From NCBI RefSeq assembly GCF_000008645.1, contig NC_000916.1:1230001-1262000 (forward strand): a DNA stretch of 32,000 nucleotides. The letters are read 5' to 3'. The notes under the pieces were generated by a model that was not told the DNA's origin, did not search any database, and worked only from the letters and a program-made list of their open reading frames with translations. This DNA comes from Methanothermobacter thermautotrophicus str. Delta H. Lineage in GTDB: Archaea; Methanobacteriota; Methanobacteria; Methanobacteriales; Methanothermobacteraceae. The translations under genes and the position numbers were made by a program. Below, in pieces: positions 1-7,423 of this stretch; position 1 is the stretch's first letter, and the number at the start of each line of letters is the position of its first letter.

Positions 1-31
1 AATATCTGAATGAAAGGGCCATACCCCGTTC

Positions 32-50
32 AAGGGCAAAAAATGCCCTT
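32..50. repeat. Perfect 7-bp inverted repeat (AAGGGCA-AAAAA-TGCCCTT) able to form a hairpin, upstream of the ferredoxin gene
   Basis: Read directly: 32-38 AAGGGCA, loop 39-43, 44-50 TGCCCTT, followed by AAAAATTT. It lies between a possible upstream stop (TGA 7-9) and the SD GGTGAT at 63-68. Function unknown. Confidence 0.5.
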
Positions 51-72
51 AAAAATTTGAGAGGTGATTGAA

Positions 73-384
73 ATGGCATGGTTTGCTGGATACCCACGTG
101 AGAAGATAGAATGGTACCCAACCATTGATCCGGAAAAATGCGTTAAATGCGGTATGTGCATGAACTGTGGACAGAAGGTCTACAAGTGGACAAAGGAGGG
201 TCCGGTAGTCGCACAGCCCTACAAATGCGTTGTGGGATGCACAACATGCGCAACACTCTGTCAGGGAAACGCCATAACGTTCCCGGACAAGGATAAACTC
301 AGGGAACTCTACAAGAAAGAAGGTATATGGGCAAAGGTTAAAAGGGAACTCATCAAGGAGGGTAAACTGGAACCCGAGGAATGA
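73..384 (+). CDS. Small 2x[4Fe-4S] ferredoxin-domain protein
   Basis: Track ORF 64..384. Two Cys clusters are present (CVKCGMCMNCG and CVVGCTTCATLC). ATG 73 is preceded by GGTGAT (63-68), and the GTG at 64 lies inside that SD, so 73 is preferred. Confidence 0.8.
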   Translation: MAWFAGYPREKIEWYPTIDPEKCVKCGMCMNCGQKVYKWTKEGPVVAQPYKCVVGCTTCATLCQGNAITFPDKDKLRELYKKEGIWAKVKRELIKEGKLEPEE

Positions 385-469
385 GGGATCAAATGAAACT
401 CACATACATACCCTCAGCATATATCACCACACCGGTAAGATTTATGAGATCACGGTTGAAGTTCCGGGT

Positions 470-676
470 GTGAAGAAGAGCGATATCCACCTTGAAATGA
501 CGGAGCAGGGTTTCTGTCTCAATGCTGAAGGTGAAAAGTTTAAGTACAGCGGTTGCTGGTCACTTGCGCACCGTGTGAAGCCAGAAACTGCGTCTGCAGG
601 TTTCTCAGATGGTCTGCTAAGGATAACTGTTGAACTTGCAGAGGGCGTTAAGGGTCTTGAGGTGCCCGTGGACTGA
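470..676 (+). CDS. Hsp20/alpha-crystallin-domain protein, N-terminally incomplete as an ORF (probably frameshifted, see findings)
   Basis: Track ORF 470..676. The sequence GVKKSDIHLEM...ASAGFSDGLLRITVEL matches the PGVkkEDI...A.f.nGvL.i pattern of alpha-crystallin domains. The same frame stays open upstream and encodes more of the domain (IYHHTGKIYEITVEVPG) without any ATG, GTG or TTG. Confidence 0.5.
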   Translation: MKKSDIHLEMTEQGFCLNAEGEKFKYSGCWSLAHRVKPETASAGFSDGLLRITVELAEGVKGLEVPVD

Positions 677-767
677 CCTCCATACTCTTCTCTTTTTCAG
701 GAGCATCCATGAAAATTCAGCATCACCATGAACAGAGATATCAGTGGGAACCAGCATATTACTGATT

Positions 768-929
768 ATGACAAAAAAGATGGTCGGGATTCGCTGCCAG
801 TGCAGTGACCCCGCGGTGAAGAGAAGGGGTTCCGGTATGAGGACCGTGATGTGCCCCATTTGTGGCAGGATATACAGGACAGACAGGGAGGACCAGGTCT
901 GCTTCAACTGCAGGAAGGGCAGGTCCTGA
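768..929 (+). CDS. Putative small zinc-ribbon protein (CxC...CPxC...CxxC)
   Basis: Track ORF 744..929 has in-frame ATGs at 768 and 780. It carries six Cys (CQC, CPIC, CFNC) and is basic. There is no homology I can name, the start is uncertain, and the opposite-strand ORF 617..907 looks spurious. Confidence 0.4.
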   Translation: MTKKMVGIRCQCSDPAVKRRGSGMRTVMCPICGRIYRTDREDQVCFNCRKGRS

Positions 930-957
930 TGGGGACGGCCAATAGAATCAGAACATC

Positions 958-964
958 AAAAAAA
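958..964 (-). terminator. Oligo-T tract (T7 on the minus strand) about 30 nt downstream of the M50 protease stop
   Basis: A7 on the plus strand at 958-964 is T7 on the minus strand. Archaeal RNA polymerase terminates at oligo-T. The tract is flanked by two copies of the palindromic CAGGTCCTGAT (920-930, 966-976). Confidence 0.35.
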
Positions 965-993
965 TCAGGTCCTGATAGAAAGGACAGATCAGA

Positions 994-2151
994 TCAGAAT
1001 ATCATGAGAAGTCCCCGCCCGGTTCCCCAGATTATACTCACCGCTATGATGAGTATAACAAATATGGATACGTAGCTAACAGCAGGCTTCACAATCCTCT
1101 CAGGTAACCTGTACCTCAGGAGCTCCTCAAACATCAGACCGCCGTCCAGGGGCTTCGCAGGAAGTAGGTTCACCGTACCAACCGCAAAGTTGAGGAAGAA
1201 TATCCAGAAGAAGAGTTCCTCAAGATAGGTCAGGGCGAAGGGTAAGGTATCCCCCAACACTGATGCAACGGAGTCCCTCACCCGTAGGTGGTTGCTGGTC
1301 CGGATGCCCATGTAGGCCCTGCTTGAGTTGTTAGGATTCCTCCCGGTCTTCAGGTGAAAGGTCCCCTGATCCGTGGTTATATTGATAACCTCCCCCACAC
1401 TTATCGTTTTGAGTGCAGCGCTGTAGGTTGTCAGGTTACTTGTTGGCATCCCGTTGATGCTCTCAATTACAAGTCCAGGGGTGAGGACCTTGCTCGCCGG
1501 GCTTCCTGGCACAACACTGTCTATCTGAACACCATCTGGCTGGAATGCCGCGGGCATGGCAAAGCTCGAAATACCGAAGAAGAGGGCGAAGCATATACCT
1601 GCAAGTATAAGGTTTGCCACGGATCCGGCAGCATATATCCTCATCTTTGAGATGGGTCTGATTTTTTTGATGTCCTCCTCGTCAGGTTCAACAAATGCGC
1701 CCGGAAGTATTGCGAGGAGAAGGAGGCCTATTGATTTTATACGGACACCCTCCAGCCTTGCAAGGATACCATGGGCAAACTCATGGACCACGATGACCGT
1801 CGCAAGTCCAATTATACCATACCCCAGGGGCACGTAGACCGGTGACCCGGGTATGTCAACACCCGGCACTATGAGTGACGCCTGGGGAGTTACAAATATG
1901 TTCTGGAGGGACATCACAAGCATGTATAGCATGTAGAACATGAAGAAGAATGCCACGGGTATGCCTGCATTCATGATCCATCGCCATAGCTTGGGATGGC
2001 CTGATGCAAGACCATCTATGAATCCCCTGAGCCTCTTAGTTCTTCTCATTAGCAGGGGCCCATGTATCTCAATCTTCAGCCTGTCCCTGAACAGGATGGC
2101 CATTGTCCATATGAGAATAAATGCGATTAGATAAAACCATAAAGCGTTCAT
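994..2151 (-). CDS. Site-2 protease family (peptidase M50) membrane metalloprotease with an internal PDZ-like domain
   Basis: Track ORF 994..2163. It has an HEFAHG (HExxH) motif, a later NLLPAKPLDGG motif and multiple hydrophobic helices. ATG 2151 (MNALWFYL) is preceded by GGGTG, so it is preferred to GTG 2163. Confidence 0.85.
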   Translation of the reverse strand: MNALWFYLIAFILIWTMAILFRDRLKIEIHGPLLMRRTKRLRGFIDGLASGHPKLWRWIMNAGIPVAFFFMFYMLYMLVMSLQNIFVTPQASLIVPGVDIPGSPVYVPLGYGIIGLATVIVVHEFAHGILARLEGVRIKSIGLLLLAILPGAFVEPDEEDIKKIRPISKMRIYAAGSVANLILAGICFALFFGISSFAMPAAFQPDGVQIDSVVPGSPASKVLTPGLVIESINGMPTSNLTTYSAALKTISVGEVINITTDQGTFHLKTGRNPNNSSRAYMGIRTSNHLRVRDSVASVLGDTLPFALTYLEELFFWIFFLNFAVGTVNLLPAKPLDGGLMFEELLRYRLPERIVKPAVSYVSIFVILIIAVSIIWGTGRGLLMIF

Positions 2152-2262
2152 ATCAGATAACACCCTCTTGTTTTAATGGTTGTTGCAGCAGCCATATATA
2201 TCCATCAGTTTTAACGCTTCCCTCATGATGGCAGATCCAGTTTAAGGATCCCTAAACATCCA

Positions 2263-3477
2263 TTATATTACCATGGAATCAAAGAGGAGCACGTCACACT
2301 CCTCTCCAGCTGATATCCCCTCAAGGTTCTCATCTATGACTATGTAGGCGTTTGACCCCACCATTGACCTTATAATACCTGATCCTCTGCTCTGCACAGG
2401 TTCAACCTCCTCATCATCAGCCCAGGCCCGCAGGTAGTCTGTCCTTCCGGGCCCGGAGGCGACCTTGGCCCTGCACCTCCGTTTCACTGCCCGGTGCCTG
2501 TAGTCAAGGTGCTGCATCCTCAGCAGGTAGTACCTTGCAAATACATCGAACTGCACCATGGCTGCAACAGGGTAACCTGAAAGCATGAAGACCGGTGTTT
2601 CAGAGACCATCCCAAATGCAACTGGTTTACCGGGTCTCAGGGCCACTCCATGGAATAATACCTCCCCCAGACCATCCACGGCGTCAACAACCACGTCTCC
2701 ACGGCTTATGGCGGTTCCCCCCGTTGTTATTATCACATCGTATTCACTGGCAGAGGATTCTATCTCCTCCCCAACAGTGTCAATATCATCAGGAAGATGC
2801 ACGGGGTCTGCAGACCCCCCAGCACTTTCAACCAGGGCATTTAATGTGTATAAATTGGAATTGGGTACCTTACCTGGCTCAAGGTCATCAGAAGGGTCCA
2901 CCAGTTCATTTCCGGTTACTATAACCTTCACTGACGGTCTTCTAAATACCCTAACCTTACTGTAACCTGCTGATGCTGCCATGGCGATTTCCTGTGGCCT
3001 CATGAGGGTCCCCTCCCGCAGTACTGTGACCCCTCTTCTCACATCCTCACCGGCCGGAGCCACATTCTCAGAGGGGGCTACTGGCCTTAAAACCCTGATA
3101 TCTGGCCCATCCTGGAGCGTGTACTCCTCCATCACAACAGCATCGGCTCCGGCAGGGATCGGGGCACCTGTGGCTATCCTCACAGCCTCTCCATGCCCAA
3201 CATCTACCCCTGAAACCTCACCGGCACCTATCGAGTCTGTGACCCTCAATGTTGAGGGGTTCCCAGGGGATGAACCGAAGGTGTCCTCTGCCCTCACAGC
3301 ATAGCCATCCATGGCAGACCTGTCAAAGGGTGGCGAGTCAAACCTTGATACTATGTCATCTGCAAGGACCCTGTGATAGGCCTCAAGAAGATCCACGGTC
3401 TCTGGTTCCGTGAACCTCTGGTTCTCATCAAGAATCCTGAATGCATCCCTGACCGGTAAGAGCTCTGATAGGAACAT
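2263..3477 (-). CDS. moeA: Molybdopterin molybdenumtransferase MoeA
   Basis: The 404-aa ORF has MoeA-like architecture and the IITTGGTAISRGD MoCF-domain motif. GGTGAT lies 6 nt upstream of ATG 3477. Confidence 0.85.
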   Translation of the reverse strand: MFLSELLPVRDAFRILDENQRFTEPETVDLLEAYHRVLADDIVSRFDSPPFDRSAMDGYAVRAEDTFGSSPGNPSTLRVTDSIGAGEVSGVDVGHGEAVRIATGAPIPAGADAVVMEEYTLQDGPDIRVLRPVAPSENVAPAGEDVRRGVTVLREGTLMRPQEIAMAASAGYSKVRVFRRPSVKVIVTGNELVDPSDDLEPGKVPNSNLYTLNALVESAGGSADPVHLPDDIDTVGEEIESSASEYDVIITTGGTAISRGDVVVDAVDGLGEVLFHGVALRPGKPVAFGMVSETPVFMLSGYPVAAMVQFDVFARYYLLRMQHLDYRHRAVKRRCRAKVASGPGRTDYLRAWADDEEVEPVQSRGSGIIRSMVGSNAYIVIDENLEGISAGEECDVLLFDSMVI

Positions 3478-3513
3478 GTGATCATCACCGCTTAACTACT
3501 CTCTTATATGGAC

Positions 3514-3525
3514 CTATATATAAAG
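3514..3525 (-). promoter_or_regulatory. TATA box (minus-strand reading CTTTATATATAG) for moeA
   Basis: TTTATATATA on the minus strand matches the methanogen box A consensus TTTATATA. It lies about 37-47 nt upstream of the moeA ATG. The same 12-mer recurs at 31214-31225. Confidence 0.45.
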
Positions 3526-3665
3526 GACCCCCATATAATTAATTCAGGAATTGATGCACTCGATAAAAATGTTATCGCTACAGCGGGACCTCCAGTGGCT
3601 GACTGGGGGACTCAATGGATGAACATGATATCTCTACGAGGGACCCATGTGGTCCGGGAGGCTCC

Positions 3666-4574
3666 ATGATAGAGGTTGAATCTGTGAGTAAAAGTTTTGG
3701 GAGGATCAGGGCCCTTGATAACCTGAGCTTCAGTGTGGCTGAGGGTGAGCTCATGGGTATCATCGGCCACAACGGGGCCGGTAAGACCACGGCCATACGT
3801 ATAATAGCTGGCATACTTCACCCTGACTCCGGGACCGTCAGGGTGGGGGGCCATGACGTCACAGAGGACCCCCTCAGTGTCAAGTCCATGATAGGTTACC
3901 TTCCAGAGGAGCCCAACCTCTACGAGCGCTTCAGGGCAGGGGACCTCCTCCGATACTTTGGTGAACTCTACGGTGTCCCCAGGGATGTGCTTGATGACAG
4001 GATAGCTGAGCTCCTTGAACTGGTTGGTATGACCGATAGGGCCATGGACCCCATCAACACCTTCTCCAAGGGCCTCAGGCAGAGGATAGGTATAGCCAGG
4101 GCCCTGATACATGACCCCCCCATCATAATATTCGATGAACCAACCATGGGACTTGATCCTGCAACCGCATTCTCAATAAGGGAGTTCATAAGGGACCTGA
4201 AGGGATCAAAGACCATGATACTATGCACCCACTACATGGAGGAGGCTGAGTACCTCTGTGACCGGGTTGCAATAATAAACCAGGGCCGGATACTGGATAT
4301 TGGAACACCTGATGAACTGAAATCAAAGATCCGGGGGGACCTGGTCCTTGAGGTGAAGGTGAGGGACATTTCCTCTGTAGGTGAGGGCGATCTCATGATG
4401 ATCCCTGGTGTAAAATCCGTTGAAGTTGATGGCAGCACACTCAGGGTGTCCCTTGAAAACCGGGGAGCCATATCGGGTGTTATAATGGAACTCGGGGCCA
4501 ACGTATCAGGGGTTAACACCCGGGAGGCCACACTAAACGATGTTTTTATAGAGAGCCTCAGGGGGTCAGGATGA
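3666..4574 (+). CDS. ABC transporter ATP-binding protein (ABC-2 type)
   Basis: Track ORF 3615..4574. It has Walker A GHNGAGKTT, signature FSKGLRQR and Walker B IIIFDEPTMGLD. ATG 3666 (MIEVESVSKSFG) is preceded by GGGAGG, and the stop overlaps the next start as ATGA. Confidence 0.9.
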   Translation: MIEVESVSKSFGRIRALDNLSFSVAEGELMGIIGHNGAGKTTAIRIIAGILHPDSGTVRVGGHDVTEDPLSVKSMIGYLPEEPNLYERFRAGDLLRYFGELYGVPRDVLDDRIAELLELVGMTDRAMDPINTFSKGLRQRIGIARALIHDPPIIIFDEPTMGLDPATAFSIREFIRDLKGSKTMILCTHYMEEAEYLCDRVAIINQGRILDIGTPDELKSKIRGDLVLEVKVRDISSVGEGDLMMIPGVKSVEVDGSTLRVSLENRGAISGVIMELGANVSGVNTREATLNDVFIESLRGSG

Positions 4575-5658
4575 ATCTCCTCAAGGTGGCAAAATGGGAA
4601 CTGAGGAGCACGCTGAGAAGCCGGAAGTTCCTCTTCATATTCCTGTTCCAGATAGCGGTCCTGATTTTAACACTGTTCATGTTCAGTGGATTCACAGATG
4701 TTCTGGAGAGTGGTGAAGCCCTCACACCATCCCTCACCGGATTTGCAGAGCTCGGTGTCATTGATCCCTCCGGCCTGATCCAGGGACAGCTTAACCCTGA
4801 CGTCCTTGATATTCGTGAGGGAGGGGATGCTGGATCCGTGCTGGTGGTTGACAACTTCACCGGCATACCTCTCAATGCAACCCTCTACCTTGACTACTCG
4901 GATCCCAGGAGGAGCGTGGTGCGGGATGAAGTTGAAGCCGCTGTTGAACGGGCCTCCAGCCTGATATCAGAGGAGTTTGTGAAATCGCCTGGTCCCGACC
5001 CGGAGGTCAGGGAGGAGACCCGTGGGGAGCCGCTCCCGGTTCAGCTTGTGACAAGGGTGATGGTTTCAATCCTCCTCTTCCTCCCGGTTTTCCTCTTCGG
5101 TAACCTTGTTGTGGACAGTATCGTGGGTGAGAAGGAGCGGAAGACCGGGGAGGCCCTCCTTGCCATGCCGGTCAGGCGTTCAGAGATCATCCTCGGTAAG
5201 TGCCTCTCGGTGATCACTGTACTTGCCCTCCAGATCGGTGTATGGATGATTCTCATCCTGGCCTCGGGGTTCCATATGGTCAACCCCCTGGGCGCCTATT
5301 TCACAGTTGTTGCCTCATCGGCTCCGGTTGTGGGGCTCACCGCCCTCATATCTGTCTATGCAAGGAACTACCGTGAGGCTGGTATAGGGATAACCCTGGC
5401 TTACATCATATCTGCAGCGTACCTCATTGCCCCGGCCCTGGCCTACATGGCAGGTTCATCAGGTTCAGTTTCACCCATGACACTCACAATAAAGATGATA
5501 TCGGGCCAGGCCTGGGGGCTGCCGACATCATTCCTCCAGCCATCTCAATCCTTGTACTCAGCATCATATTCTATGGCCTTGCAGTCAGGCTGTTCGGGAG
5601 GGATGATGTGGTATTCGGTCCCAGACCAGGTATACTGAGGTTAATGGTGAAACCATGA
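4571..5658 (+). CDS. ABC-2 type transporter permease; reading frame broken at a G5 run (5514-5518), with the C-terminus continuing in another frame to TGA 5656-5658
   Basis: Track ORF 4571..5638. It is a multi-helix membrane protein with an EKERKTGEALLAMP motif shared with the downstream paralogue. The tail after 5518 aligns with the paralogue only in the shifted frame (see findings). Confidence 0.75.
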
Positions 5659-6779
5659 AACTGAAAGCACTGGCACTTAAGGAGGCCCGTGATATATTCT
5701 CCAACAGGATCTACATGCTTCTCATCCTCGTTCAGGTCATAATAATACTGGGGGCCTATGGACTCGCCATTGTGAGCTCGGTTGCTGCCGACCCCCAGCT
5801 GATAGAGAGGTGGGGTGGTTCAGGTTTCCTGAAGGTCGGTGTGGTTGATGGTGACGGGCTCCTCACTGAGGGCCTTGAAAGGGAGGGTCTCAGTGTAAGG
5901 GAATTCAGTGACATTGAGAGCGCCAGGAAGAGCCTTGGATCAGAGGTTGTGGCCATCGTCTACCTGAGTGGAGGAGACGTGAGGATAGAGGCCGACACCT
6001 CCAGCGTGTTCTACACAATCATGAGCGAAAGGCTTCAGGGCGCAGCTTCATGGTATATAAGTCAGAAAAGGTTCAGGGAGTCTGGACTCCCGGCCGGGAC
6101 AATCCAGGCCCTTGAGGAACCTGTGAAGCTTAAGGTTGTCCCCATCAGGAGGGAGGACTACAGGCCCCTTGCCCTTGAGAGCTCCTACTTTGTGGAGATA
6201 ATGTACGGCTTCATCCTCCCCTTCGTTGTCTTCCTCCCCTTCTTCCTGGGGAGCAACATGGTAACGGACAGTGTCGTGGGAGAGAAGGAGCGGAAGACCT
6301 TTGAGGTGCTGCTCATGGTACCCCTCTCCGAGACCATGATAATCCTCGGTAAGATACTGCCATCACTGGTATTCTCATTTATCCAGAGCATGCTCTGGCT
6401 TGGACTCCTGGTCCTTCTGAGGGTACCTGTGTATAACATGCCATTACTGGCCCTTCTCCTCCTCATTACAGGTCTTGGATTCATTGGTGTGGGTCTGTTC
6501 ATATCAATCCTTGCAGACAGCACAAAGGAGGCCAACTCAGCAATTACCGTTGTACTCTTCTTTGCAACCTTTATCCTCTTTGTGCCGCTCTTCATGGATA
6601 TGGGTGCCCTCAACCCCCTAATAAGGTTCATACCCAGCCTGCTAATTGTTAAAATGTCATCAGGACCCCACCTGGACCCCGGGATTATCTATGACATGGT
6701 ACCATCTACAGTTTTCTCGGTGCTCATATTCCTGGCAGCCGTTGTCTCCTTCAGAAGGGAGGGCGTTATAAGGCTCTGA
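5655..6779 (+). CDS. ABC-2 type transporter permease (paralogue of the preceding gene)
   Basis: The 374-aa ORF has a VVGEKERKTFEVLLMVP motif and several transmembrane helices. It is the third gene of the transporter operon. Confidence 0.85.
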   Translation: MKLKALALKEARDIFSNRIYMLLILVQVIIILGAYGLAIVSSVAADPQLIERWGGSGFLKVGVVDGDGLLTEGLEREGLSVREFSDIESARKSLGSEVVAIVYLSGGDVRIEADTSSVFYTIMSERLQGAASWYISQKRFRESGLPAGTIQALEEPVKLKVVPIRREDYRPLALESSYFVEIMYGFILPFVVFLPFFLGSNMVTDSVVGEKERKTFEVLLMVPLSETMIILGKILPSLVFSFIQSMLWLGLLVLLRVPVYNMPLLALLLLITGLGFIGVGLFISILADSTKEANSAITVVLFFATFILFVPLFMDMGALNPLIRFIPSLLIVKMSSGPHLDPGIIYDMVPSTVFSVLIFLAAVVSFRREGVIRL

Positions 6780-6863
6780 ACAGAAAAACCTCTCAAAACT
6801 GAATATCGCTTATAAACTTAACATAAACTGAAAATAACTAATTGTGTCCCGGTGTAAGGACAT

Positions 6864-7415
6864 TTAAATCAGTAGAATAGCCCCCACCACAAGGGGGATG
6901 ACTATATTATCCTCCACCGGTGTGTATGCCTCCACCAGCATGCCTGTGATGGCGCCTGTGAGGGCATGTATGGGTTCAACGAAGAAAAGGGACCCCAGGA
7001 ATCCTGCTGCAAGGAATGCTGCTGACCCCTCAATGCTCTTATCATGTTTAAGTGGGATGGGGTGTTTCCCGAACCTCCTCCCGATTATGGTTGATAGTGA
7101 ATCTCCGAGTGTCAGTATGATGATGGCTGCATTGGCCACAGCCATGTTGAATCCAAAGAGGGAATAGGTGAGGGTCATGCCAATGAAATAGTAAATGAAG
7201 CCCCTCTCAGTATCATCCCTTCTGCAGCCCCTCAGGATTACTGAGAAGAAGGGCAGGTAGAATCTCCTGTCAAGCTGGAATATGATCTCCCCACATATGG
7301 CTGCTGCAAGGGAGAGGATTATCATGGAGGTGGTGTCCAGGTAGCCTGCAAGGATCACGAAGACTATGCCGGTTGCATGTATCAGCTGCCTGAAGAATTC
7401 CCTCCGGTATTTCAA
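6864..7415 (-). CDS. CTP-dependent polyprenol (dolichol/phytol) kinase / cytidylyltransferase-family membrane protein
   Basis: The 183-aa hydrophobic ORF carries LGDSLSTIIGRRFGKHPIPLKHDKSIEGSAAF, which fits the GDxxAxxxGxxxGK...KSxEGS signature of the CTP_transf_1 / Sec59 / VTE5 family. The TTG start is preceded by GGTG overlapping the purL stop. Confidence 0.6.
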   Translation of the reverse strand: MKYRREFFRQLIHATGIVFVILAGYLDTTSMIILSLAAAICGEIIFQLDRRFYLPFFSVILRGCRRDDTERGFIYYFIGMTLTYSLFGFNMAVANAAIIILTLGDSLSTIIGRRFGKHPIPLKHDKSIEGSAAFLAAGFLGSLFFVEPIHALTGAITGMLVEAYTPVEDNIVIPLVVGAILLI

Positions 7416-7423
7416 AGGAACAC

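Noticed and set aside
10-60. 16-codon ORF (MKGPYPVQGQKMPLKI) at the window start, spanning the 32-50 hairpin
   Set aside because: It has no SD, it is very short, and its upstream context is outside the window, so it cannot be evaluated.
920-976. Possible C/D-box sRNA (CTGATGG ... CTGA spaced about 50 nt apart)
   Set aside because: The C-box has two mismatches to RUGAUGA. There is no internal D'/C' pair and no terminal stem, so the resemblance is weak.
3612-4112. Numerous other antisense or out-of-frame track ORFs, for example 3612..4112, 8724..9149, 9938..10411, 11237..11860, 13170..13742, 15771..16349, 18070..18525, 20293..20853, 22498..22920, 23125..23649, 30648..31115
   Set aside because: Each is fully embedded opposite or within a gene that has strong family motifs. 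The translations are Ser/Pro/Leu-rich low-complexity sequence typical of shadow ORFs, and none has a convincing SD.
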